A DNA stretch of 64,000 bases from Acidimicrobiia bacterium (lineage in GTDB: Bacteria; Actinomycetota; Acidimicrobiia; Acidimicrobiales; Bin134): NCBI GenBank assembly GCA_022822265.1, contig JAJECA010000047.1, positions 1,866 through 65,865 on the forward strand, given 5' to 3'. Shown here piece by piece: positions 1 to 7,466 of this stretch. Each line of letters starts with the position of its first letter. Position 1 is the stretch's first letter. The position numbers and the translations under genes were made by a program. Under the pieces are notes generated by a model. That model searched no databases, was not told the DNA's origin, and was given only the letters and a program-made list of their open reading frames with translations.

Positions 1-1
1 C

Positions 2-1141
2 GACGGATATGTGCGGGGAGAGGGATGCGGCGTATTGGTGCTGAAGCGGCTCAGCGATGCCGAGGCGGACGGAGACCGGATTTGGGGTGTCGTCCGGGGG
101 TCGGCAGTGAATCAGACCGGGGCCGGCCTGGCCGTCACCGTTCCCAGTGGGCGGGCCCAGGAGCGGGTAATGGTCGAAGCGCTGGCCCGGGCTGGCGTCG
201 CCCCTGATGAGGTTGACTACGTCGAGGCCCACGGCGTGGGCACGGAAGTAGGCGATTCAGTGGAGGCGAGCGCGATCGCCTCTGTTTACGGCCCAGGGCG
301 CGAGGAAGACCGCCCGGTATGGATCGGATCGGTGAAAACCAACATCGGGCACCTTGAAGGCGCCGCGGGGATGGCCGGCCTGATCAAGGTGGTGCTGGGA
401 ATGAGACATGGGACGGTTCCGAGGCACCTGAACTTCAGCGAGCCGAGCCCCGAGATCGCATGGGAGAGGATGCCGCTGAGAGTCGCCACCGAGGCGATCG
501 AATGGCCAGGAGACCCTGGTCGCCAGGCTTTGGCCGCGGTCAACTCGTTCGGAATCTCGGGGGCCAACTCCCACATCGTGGTGGAGGGGTACGAAGCCAC
601 TGCTGACGACCTCGATGGATTCGGCCCGCCGTGGCAGCCGATGGGGTCACCGCAAGCCGTGGCCGCCGGGGAATCGCCGCTCGGTGAGGGAGCGGAGCGG
701 CCCGAGAGACGGCTGCTGCCGTTGTCGGCCAAGACGCCGGAGGCGTTGAGAGAGCTGGCCCAGCGGTATCTCTCCTGGCTCGACGAGCACGCCGAGGAGC
801 TTGCGGCCAACGGCGCGGCAACCGATCCGCTGCTCTCCGACATGGCCTGGACGGCCAGCATCGGGCGGAGCCACTTCTCGCACCGGGCTGGGGTGGTGTT
901 CAGCGATGCGGAGTCCCTCCGCCGGCAACTCAGCGCCCTCCTCGAAATCGACGAGCAGCAAGCTCGAAGCGGTGCGTCGGTGCCTGCGAACGGCGATGAT
1001 CCGCTTGAGGCCGTTGCCGCGGAATATGCCGATGGGCAGGCGATTCAATTCGAGGGCCTGTTCCAGGGCGAGGAACGCCGTCGGATCTCACTGCCCGACT
1101 ACCCGTTCCAGCGACAGCGCTACTGGGTAGAGGCGAGGTAA
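2..1141 (+). CDS. Polyketide synthase, C-terminal part: ketosynthase domain plus KS-AT-type linker and post-AT-type motif, with no acyltransferase domain. The 5' end lies outside the window.
   Basis: The reading frame runs in from the window edge. KS motifs are present: EAHGVGTEVGD, SVKTNIGHLEGAAG, NSFGISGANSHIVVE. A linker follows (LLPLSAKTPEALREL...AWTASIGRSHFSHRAGVVF), and the protein ends ISLPDYPFQRQRYWVEAR-stop. No GHSxG acyltransferase segment is present. Confidence 0.85.
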   Translation, partial: DGYVRGEGCGVLVLKRLSDAEADGDRIWGVVRGSAVNQTGAGLAVTVPSGRAQERVMVEALARAGVAPDEVDYVEAHGVGTEVGDSVEASAIASVYGPGREEDRPVWIGSVKTNIGHLEGAAGMAGLIKVVLGMRHGTVPRHLNFSEPSPEIAWERMPLRVATEAIEWPGDPGRQALAAVNSFGISGANSHIVVEGYEATADDLDGFGPPWQPMGSPQAVAAGESPLGEGAERPERRLLPLSAKTPEALRELAQRYLSWLDEHAEELAANGAATDPLLSDMAWTASIGRSHFSHRAGVVFSDAESLRRQLSALLEIDEQQARSGASVPANGDDPLEAVAAEYADGQAIQFEGLFQGEERRRISLPDYPFQRQRYWVEAR

Positions 1142-1164
1142 GGGTTCAGGGGCAGTCAGGCCGA

Positions 1165-1192
1165 TTGACAATCGCCTGCTCCTTGATACACT
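1165..1192 (+). promoter_or_regulatory. Candidate sigma-A-type promoter inside the KS/carrier-protein spacer
   Basis: TTGACA (1165-1170), 16 nt, TACACT (1187-1192), with the -10 ending 37 nt upstream of ATG 1229. This is a sequence match only. Confidence 0.4.
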
Positions 1193-1228
1193 TTCCCCGC
1201 TTTCAATCGGTTGCAAAGGAGCAGGTGA

Positions 1229-1471
1229 ATGTCTTCCACTGAAGAGCGGATTAGGGCCATCGTCGATCAGACTTTGGAGATTGATGGACGAGAAGCAGGT
1301 CAGCCCTTGGACCTGTCTCGCAACGTTGCCGACGCGGGTGTCGCTTCTTCCGACATCGTGGCGTTTTGGCAATCGGTCAACCAGGAATTCGGCACGGACA
1401 TCTCCGCTGAGGAGTTCGCCGAGCTCTTGACGCCTCAAGACCTCATCAACCACCTCGATTCCTCTGGTTGA
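1229..1471 (+). CDS. Discrete acyl/peptidyl carrier protein (phosphopantetheine-binding)
   Basis: 80 aa and acidic. DAGVASSDIVAF sits where DxGxDSL is expected: the Ser is retained and the preceding Asp is replaced by Ala. AAGGAG RBS at 1216-1221. The gene lies between a KS gene and a PPTase gene. Confidence 0.7.
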   Translation: MSSTEERIRAIVDQTLEIDGREAGQPLDLSRNVADAGVASSDIVAFWQSVNQEFGTDISAEEFAELLTPQDLINHLDSSG

Positions 1472-2172
1472 TCGCCGACTCAGATAGCTGGTGGCACCGG
1501 TACAAGAGCATCGGTGCTATTGCTGTCTTCCACGTCGACCTGATTCCCGATCAGGGTCGCGAGGCCGAGGCCCTCTCGTGGCTCGACGGGGAAGAGCGCT
1601 CGCGCTGGGAGCGCTTTCAATCCCCGACCGCTCAACGGCGCTATGTGCTGTGCCGCGCCGCGCTCCGTGCCATTCTTTGCCGCCAGATCGGTTGTCCAAA
1701 CGAGTCATTGGCGTTTGAGGCCGCCAAACACGGCAAGCCGTTTGCCCTGGTCAACGGCCTGCCCGCCTCCATCAGCTTTAACGTGAGCCACAGCGGCACC
1801 CACGGGCTGATTGCCGTGGCGGCCAAGGGCCGCCTAGGCGTTGATGTAGAGGAGCGGGCTCCTCGCCGGAATCTCGAGAACCTCATCGAGGGCGTGTTCA
1901 GCCCGCGGGAGAAGGCTGAGCTGGAATCGCTTGAGGGGTGCCAGCAGCTTCACAAGTTCTTTCGCTTCTGGACGATCAAAGAGGCGCTCGTGAAAGCCCA
2001 CGGCAAGGGCCTTTCCATGAAGGTCGCCGAATTGGAGATCCCCGAAGAGATGCGCCATGGGGCTACGAAGAGCATCGGCCAGTTTGCTCAAATCCCCGAG
2101 ACTTCCTGGTGCTTGGAAGATATGGGAACGAGGGAATTCGCCGCAGCCATCGCCTATGAAGTAAGCCCATAA
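1468..2172 (+). CDS. 4'-phosphopantetheinyl transferase, Sfp type
   Basis: Motifs FNVSHSG, GVDVE and FWTIKEALVKAHGKG. The TTG start overlaps the carrier-protein stop (TTGA). Confidence 0.85.
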   Translation: MIADSDSWWHRYKSIGAIAVFHVDLIPDQGREAEALSWLDGEERSRWERFQSPTAQRRYVLCRAALRAILCRQIGCPNESLAFEAAKHGKPFALVNGLPASISFNVSHSGTHGLIAVAAKGRLGVDVEERAPRRNLENLIEGVFSPREKAELESLEGCQQLHKFFRFWTIKEALVKAHGKGLSMKVAELEIPEEMRHGATKSIGQFAQIPETSWCLEDMGTREFAAAIAYEVSP

Positions 2173-2174
2173 CC

Positions 2175-3080
2175 GTGACGGAGCAAGAAACGGCTTGGAG
2201 CGTTCCCGAGCCGCGGTCTGTGCACGAAGTGAAAATGGACGAAGAGTCGTCGATCTTGCTTCGTCGCCACGGAAACCCCGATGGCAATCGGCTGATCCTC
2301 AGCCATGGAAATGGCCTGGCCATCGACTTCTACTATCCGTTCTGGTCGCTTTTGACCGACGACTTCGACCTCATCGTCTACGACATGAGGAACCATGGTT
2401 GGAACGCGGTGGGCGGCCTGGAAAACCACAGTGTTCCGACGCTGGTTGGCGATCATGACCGCGTACTCGAGGAGATTGGCCGGCAATTCGGCCAGAAACC
2501 GCAGGTTGGCGTATTCCACTCCTTGTCGTGTCTCACGCCCCTCATTTCTGAATCCAAGGGCAGCGATTACTCGGCGCTCGTCTTGTTCGACCCGCCCCTG
2601 TGCAAGCCGGGCAGAAACTTTCGGGACTTCGAGGAAGCCGCAATCCGCATGGCGAAATCAGCCCGACGCCGCACCCATCGGTTCAAGACCAAGAGCGCGT
2701 TCACCGAGTTGTTCGGGATATTCCCCACCTACAAGGCGGCGGTTCCCGGGACGGTGGACCTGCTGGCCGATTCCACCCTGCGGGAAACCCCCGAAGGGGA
2801 GGGCTTCGAGCTGCGATGCCCTCGGGAGTACGAAGCGCAGATCATCGACTACGCCAGCGTCTTTGGAGCGTTCATCGACTTCTCCAAAATCCGCTGTCCG
2901 GTCAAGGTGCTCGGGGCCGATCCCACGCTGCCCTATTCGTACCTGCCGTCGCTGAACCTCAGCGATATCTCCAGCGTGGACTACGACTTTTTGCCCGAGG
3001 CAACCCACATGCTCCAGCTGGAGCAGCCCGAAGAATGCGCCGCCATCCTGCGGCAGTTCATCGAAGAGGTTCTCGACTAG
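2175..3080 (+). CDS. Alpha/beta-fold hydrolase (possible thioesterase or releasing enzyme)
   Basis: 301 aa. Contains an HGNG oxyanion-type segment (ILSHGNGLAIDF) and a nucleophile-elbow-like GVFHSLSC. The GTG start lies 2 nt after the PPTase stop. Confidence 0.65.
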   Translation: MTEQETAWSVPEPRSVHEVKMDEESSILLRRHGNPDGNRLILSHGNGLAIDFYYPFWSLLTDDFDLIVYDMRNHGWNAVGGLENHSVPTLVGDHDRVLEEIGRQFGQKPQVGVFHSLSCLTPLISESKGSDYSALVLFDPPLCKPGRNFRDFEEAAIRMAKSARRRTHRFKTKSAFTELFGIFPTYKAAVPGTVDLLADSTLRETPEGEGFELRCPREYEAQIIDYASVFGAFIDFSKIRCPVKVLGADPTLPYSYLPSLNLSDISSVDYDFLPEATHMLQLEQPEECAAILRQFIEEVLD

Positions 3081-3131
3081 GGGCGCCGGTCAGGTCGTCC
3101 GACCATTGCGATGCCGGGCTGGGGGTCTCGG

Positions 3132-3160
3132 TTGCCACCGTTAGTTGGGTTTCCTAGAGT
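3132..3160 (+). promoter_or_regulatory. Candidate promoter of Dpp-like module 1
   Basis: TTGCCA (3132-3137), 17 nt, TAGAGT (3155-3160). The same architecture recurs before module 2. Confidence 0.45.
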
Positions 3161-3281
3161 GTCGGCACCACAATCCATGAGGGGGAAGTGACATGCGTTC
3201 CTGGCTTTTCAGGCTATTGGCGCTGCTTATGGTTTTCGGCCTGGTGGCCGCGGCCTGCGGCAACGATGACGACGATGGGGT
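3151..3281 (+). repeat. Copy 1 of a conserved block of about 130 nt (-10 box, leader, RBS, signal peptide); partner at 7336-7466
   Basis: ttcctagagtgtcggcaccacaaTccatgagggggaagtgacatgcgttcctggcttttc... aligns with 7336-7466 with roughly 8 mismatches by eye. Confidence 0.9.
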
Positions 3282-4968
3282 CCAGACAGCTCCAGATGAG
3301 CCTGCGCCTACACAGGCTGCCGATGACGGCGATGAGCCGGCTCCCGCACCGTCTGGCGATGGCGAGGAAGATGCGGCCCCGGCTGAGCCATCGGATGACG
3401 GCGAAGATGCTACGCCCGCCGACGAGGAAGCAGCTCCTGCGGAAGAAGAGATGACGGATGCCTGCGAGGCCACCGTGCCTGGCACTGAGATCACCATGGG
3501 CATGTTCTCGGAAACCGCGGGACTTGATCCCACCGTTTCCTCGGGTTCAGGTACAACCGGGATGATCGAGCTGATGTCCCTTTACGACACGCTTATGCGC
3601 TACGACCAGGAGACCAAGGGGTATGTCCCGCACCTGGCTGAGGGTGTTGAGCCTAACGACGACCTCACGGAATGGACCTTGACTCTGCGCCCGGGGATCA
3701 CATTCTCCGACGGGACGCCGCTGGATACATCAGTGGTTCAGTCCAGCATGGAGAGGTTCTTAAGGGACGACCCGAGCGTCCGTAACCAGAGCAGGGCCTT
3801 CGTGGCGTGGATAGAGGAATACGAGATTCACGACGATCTGACTATGACCTTCCATCTCAGCCGCCCGTGGGGCACATTCCAATACGCCTTGGCCGACGAG
3901 CCCGGAATGATGATCAACCCCACCTTTGTGGAGGCCAATGGCCAAGAGCAGGTCAACCTCAATCCAGTTGGCGCCGGCCTCGGGCCCTACAACATTGAGC
4001 GCTATGCGCCTCAAGAGGAGATCGTTGTCAAGGCGAAGGACGACTATTGGGGTGGTCCGGTGTGTATCGAGACCATCCGCTTTGTCCGCATCCCCGGCGC
4101 GCCGGCCACCTATGAGGCGTTCCAGAACGACGAACTCGATGTGGCCTTCCTTCGGGAGCCTCGGGTCATCTTTGAGGCTCGGGAAAACGGAGACGGCGAA
4201 AATGGTTGGACTTTCCTCCAGAATTCGGGTGGGACCGTCTTGATCAACAACGGTGTGCGGGGATCCACTCCTCCCACCACCGATGTACGGCTACGAGAGG
4301 CGATCGCCTATGCCCTTGACACCGACGTTCTCGATGAGCGGGCCAATGAGGGCACTGGTAGCCCGACCTCCTCGATGTTGTCCGAAAAGTCCCTCTTCTG
4401 GGACGATGAACTGTTCGCTCCGGTTGAGCCCGATATTGAGCGGGCCCGGCAGTTGGTGCAGGAAGTCAAGGACGAAACCGGCTGGGACGGCAGCATTCGC
4501 ATGATCTGTCACAACGCCCCCAGCCGGATCGACTGGGCCATCGCGGCTGAAGCTCTGTTGGAGGCGGCCGGATTTGATGTGGACTTGGACAATGACGGCA
4601 CCGTCTTGGACATGGTTGGCGCCGTCCTCGTCCAGGCGGACTTCGATTTGTCATGTTGGGGCTTCAACGTGGCTGACGAGACCCCGTTCATCCCGCTTCT
4701 CCAATTCCACTCAGAAGCATCCAACAACCGCATCGGCTACAACGATCCTGAGATGGATGCCGCCTTGGAGACCCTTGCGGGGGCTACCAACAACGACCAG
4801 ATTCAGGCCAGCCTGGCCGAGATGTGGAGGGTGTGGCGGCAAAGCTGGCCCAGCGTTATCTATGAGACCACCGAAGAGCTTCTGATCTGGAAGCCCAATG
4901 TGAAAGGCATCGTTCCGACCCAGGCCAGCGGCCTGATGTTCTACGACGCTTACATTGACGAAGGCTGA
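3193..4968 (+). CDS. ABC transporter substrate-binding lipoprotein, family 5 (peptide/nickel/opine type)
   Basis: Signal and lipobox MRSWLFRLLALLMVFGLVAAAC, then a D/E/P/A-rich linker, then a family-5 SBP body (DDYWGGPVCIETIRFVRIPG, YEAFQNDELDVAFL). Strong RBS GAGGGGGAAG. Confidence 0.9.
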   Translation: MRSWLFRLLALLMVFGLVAAACGNDDDDGVQTAPDEPAPTQAADDGDEPAPAPSGDGEEDAAPAEPSDDGEDATPADEEAAPAEEEMTDACEATVPGTEITMGMFSETAGLDPTVSSGSGTTGMIELMSLYDTLMRYDQETKGYVPHLAEGVEPNDDLTEWTLTLRPGITFSDGTPLDTSVVQSSMERFLRDDPSVRNQSRAFVAWIEEYEIHDDLTMTFHLSRPWGTFQYALADEPGMMINPTFVEANGQEQVNLNPVGAGLGPYNIERYAPQEEIVVKAKDDYWGGPVCIETIRFVRIPGAPATYEAFQNDELDVAFLREPRVIFEARENGDGENGWTFLQNSGGTVLINNGVRGSTPPTTDVRLREAIAYALDTDVLDERANEGTGSPTSSMLSEKSLFWDDELFAPVEPDIERARQLVQEVKDETGWDGSIRMICHNAPSRIDWAIAAEALLEAAGFDVDLDNDGTVLDMVGAVLVQADFDLSCWGFNVADETPFIPLLQFHSEASNNRIGYNDPEMDAALETLAGATNNDQIQASLAEMWRVWRQSWPSVIYETTEELLIWKPNVKGIVPTQASGLMFYDAYIDEG

Positions 4969-4974
4969 TCCGTT

Positions 4975-5017
4975 GGTTGTCCCGCCCGCCCGCCGGTGCG
5001 TAGCGGGCGGGACAACC
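4975..5017 (+). terminator. GC-rich hairpin between the SBP and permease genes (attenuator or mRNA stabiliser; no U-tract)
   Basis: GGTTGTCCCGCCCGC (4975-4989) is the exact reverse complement of GCGGGCGGGACAACC (5003-5017), with a 13-nt loop. Confidence 0.4.
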
Positions 5018-5050
5018 AGGCCGCTCGTGGATATCGGAAGCTGATCTGGT

Positions 5051-6172
5051 GTGCTGAGAGTTATCGGGCTGAAGCTTGTCCGGTTGGTGCCGGTGCTCTT
5101 CATTGTGAGCGCGGCTACGTCACTGCTCATCGAGTTGGTTCCCGGCGACCCGATACTTGCCATCATCGGCACGGAAGGTCACCCAGAGGACTACGAGCGC
5201 ATCGAAAGGGAACTGGGCCTAGACCAAAACGTGGCGGCCCGATATCTCGATTGGCTGGGCAACATAGTCCAGGGGGATTTCGGCGAACAGATCACCCGAC
5301 CTGGGGTGACAGTGGCCGACCGTCTCAAGCAGACCTTTCCGGTGACCATCGAAATCGCCATGATCGGGATGGGACTGGCACTGCTTATTTCCGTTCCTGT
5401 CGGGACATGGGCCGCGTATCGGGCCGGCACCCGATTTGACAGGTTCAGCAGTGGAAGCGCCTTTGGGATCATTTCGATTCCCAGCTTTCTTGCCGGGCTG
5501 CTGCTGGTGTTCCTGTTCGTTTTCAATGCCACCATCCCCCGGTACGGGGTGTTGGTGCTGGGATTGGCTTGGTCAATCTGGCTGTTGTGGAGCGCAGGGC
5601 GCGAGCAGCGTGGCGGGGGTGGGGGCGTGATCGTCAGAATTGCGGCCGCAGTGGTGGTCGCCGGGCTGACGGTCTGGCTGACCAACAAGTGGCCCTCGTT
5701 TCCTCGACAAGGGTTCGTTCGTTGGACTTCCGATGAAGGCAGGTTGGAGAACCTTCGAAGCGCGTTCTTGCCTGCGGTCACAGTCGCTCTCACGGAGATC
5801 GCGGTGTTTATGCGGCTGTTGCGGGGGGATGTACAGGCCACCCTCCAGGAGGACTACATATTGTCGGCTCGGGCCAAGGGCATGCCGCCGGTCCGCATCT
5901 TGGCCCGCGACGCCCTGCGACCCTCCTCATTCTCGCTTATCACCCTGGCCGGCGTGGCCTTCGGTCGCCTTATCGGGGGAACGGTAATCGTGGAGGCAAT
6001 ATTCCGCTTGCCGGGGATGGGCACCCTCATTGTCAATGACGGGGTAAATACCGGAGATTTCCCCATAGTCCAAGGCGGCGTGCTGATTCTGGCCACGTTC
6101 TATGTGGTGTTGAACGGTGCCATAGATGTCTCCTATAGCTACCTGGATCCGAGGTTACGACGTGGCCGTTGA
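5051..6172 (+). CDS. ABC transporter permease, DppB/OppB type
   Basis: GTG start. N-terminus MLRVIGLKLVRLVPVLFIVS. Motifs SARAKG, ALRPSSFSLITL and FRLPGMG. Confidence 0.9.
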   Translation: MLRVIGLKLVRLVPVLFIVSAATSLLIELVPGDPILAIIGTEGHPEDYERIERELGLDQNVAARYLDWLGNIVQGDFGEQITRPGVTVADRLKQTFPVTIEIAMIGMGLALLISVPVGTWAAYRAGTRFDRFSSGSAFGIISIPSFLAGLLLVFLFVFNATIPRYGVLVLGLAWSIWLLWSAGREQRGGGGGVIVRIAAAVVVAGLTVWLTNKWPSFPRQGFVRWTSDEGRLENLRSAFLPAVTVALTEIAVFMRLLRGDVQATLQEDYILSARAKGMPPVRILARDALRPSSFSLITLAGVAFGRLIGGTVIVEAIFRLPGMGTLIVNDGVNTGDFPIVQGGVLILATFYVVLNGAIDVSYSYLDPRLRRGR

Positions 6173-7238
6173 CACCGCACTAGTGCCCGATACCGGCTAT
6201 GTGGCCGGGACGGCCATTGACCCGTTGAGCCACGCCCAGCGACTGATTCGATTGGCGGTCGGACTGGTAGGCGGGACGGCCGCCGTCATTGTTGGCTTGA
6301 TGGTGCTCACCGATGTGCATGCCGGATACCGGGTGTTGCTCACCGTCGGTGGACTGGCCTTGTTGTTCATGGCTCTCGACAACGCGGGCAAGCTGTTTCG
6401 GGGTCCACTATTCGAGACCGGCTTGTGGCTGTCAGTTATCTGGGTGGCCCTCATCGGACTGTCGGCCGCTTTTGCCGACTTTCTGCCATTTACTGAGTCC
6501 CGAGACGCCTCGGTCACGATATTCGAGGGCACTCCGATTCTGAAGCGTCCCGACTTGTTCTCGGCCAACCCGCTGGGGACCGACCGTCAGGCCTTGGACA
6601 TTCTTGGGGGCATCGTCTATGGGGCTCGGGTGTCGTTGCAGGTCAGTGTGCTGGCTGTGGCGATCGGCATATTGGTGGGCGGCACCATCGGAGTTGTGGC
6701 TGGCTTCTTCCGAGGCCGGCTCGACACGGGAATCGGCATTCTCACCGATTCGCTGCTTGCCTTCCCCCCGCTGATTTTGCTGTTGGCGCTGGCCAGCGTG
6801 ATGGACCGCACGCCGCGGAATATGGCCATTGCCCTAGCCGTGCTAGGCATTCCCACCTATATCCGCCTGGCCCGGGTCAACACCATGGTGTTCGCCGAGC
6901 GAGAGTTCGTGCTGGCCTCCCAGGCCATGGGGGCCAGCCGACGAAGGATCATATTCAAGGAACTGGTGCCCAACGTGGCCCTGCCCATCTTCAGCTACGC
7001 CTTCATCATCATTGCGGTATTGATCGTGGCCGAGGCCTCGCTGAGCTTCCTGGGCTTGGGCATCCAGCGACCCGATCCCACCTGGGGCAACATGATCGCG
7101 GCCGGACAAGACGACTTCGACCGCCACCCCCACCTTGTTTTCGCGCCCGGCATCGCCATGTTCCTCACCGTGTTCGCGCTCAACCGAGTGGGCGAGAAGG
7201 CCCGCGAGCTCTGGGACCCCCGCCAGGCGAATCTCTAG
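6126..7238 (+). CDS. ABC transporter permease, DppC/OppC type, with an N-terminal extension
   Basis: The C-terminal half has the SQAMGASRRRIIFKELVPNV loop region. ATG 6126 overlaps the upstream gene by 47 nt; the in-frame GTG 6162 is an alternative start. Confidence 0.85.
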   Translation: MSPIATWIRGYDVAVDTALVPDTGYVAGTAIDPLSHAQRLIRLAVGLVGGTAAVIVGLMVLTDVHAGYRVLLTVGGLALLFMALDNAGKLFRGPLFETGLWLSVIWVALIGLSAAFADFLPFTESRDASVTIFEGTPILKRPDLFSANPLGTDRQALDILGGIVYGARVSLQVSVLAVAIGILVGGTIGVVAGFFRGRLDTGIGILTDSLLAFPPLILLLALASVMDRTPRNMAIALAVLGIPTYIRLARVNTMVFAEREFVLASQAMGASRRRIIFKELVPNVALPIFSYAFIIIAVLIVAEASLSFLGLGIQRPDPTWGNMIAAGQDDFDRHPHLVFAPGIAMFLTVFALNRVGEKARELWDPRQANL

Positions 7239-7316
7239 CGCTCAGCATCGCCCGCCGGTGATCTTGGACGTGGGTTCGGTTGCTCCGACAGCCGGCGATT
7301 TTGGAAGTGGGTACGG

Positions 7317-7345
7317 TTGCCCCTTCAGCCGAGTTTTCCTAGAGT
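7317..7345 (+). promoter_or_regulatory. Candidate promoter of Dpp-like module 2
   Basis: TTGCCC (7317-7322), 17 nt, TAGAGT (7340-7345). Confidence 0.45.
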
Positions 7346-7466
7346 GTCGGCACCACAAACCATGAGGGGGAAGTGACATGCGTTCCTGGCTTTTCAAGCT
7401 ATTGGCGCTGCTAATGGTTTTCGGCTTGGTGGCCGCGGCCTGCGGCAACGACGACGATGACGGGGT
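7336..7466 (+). repeat. Copy 2 of the conserved leader/signal-peptide block (partner 3151-3281)
   Basis: Direct comparison with 3151-3281. Confidence 0.9.
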
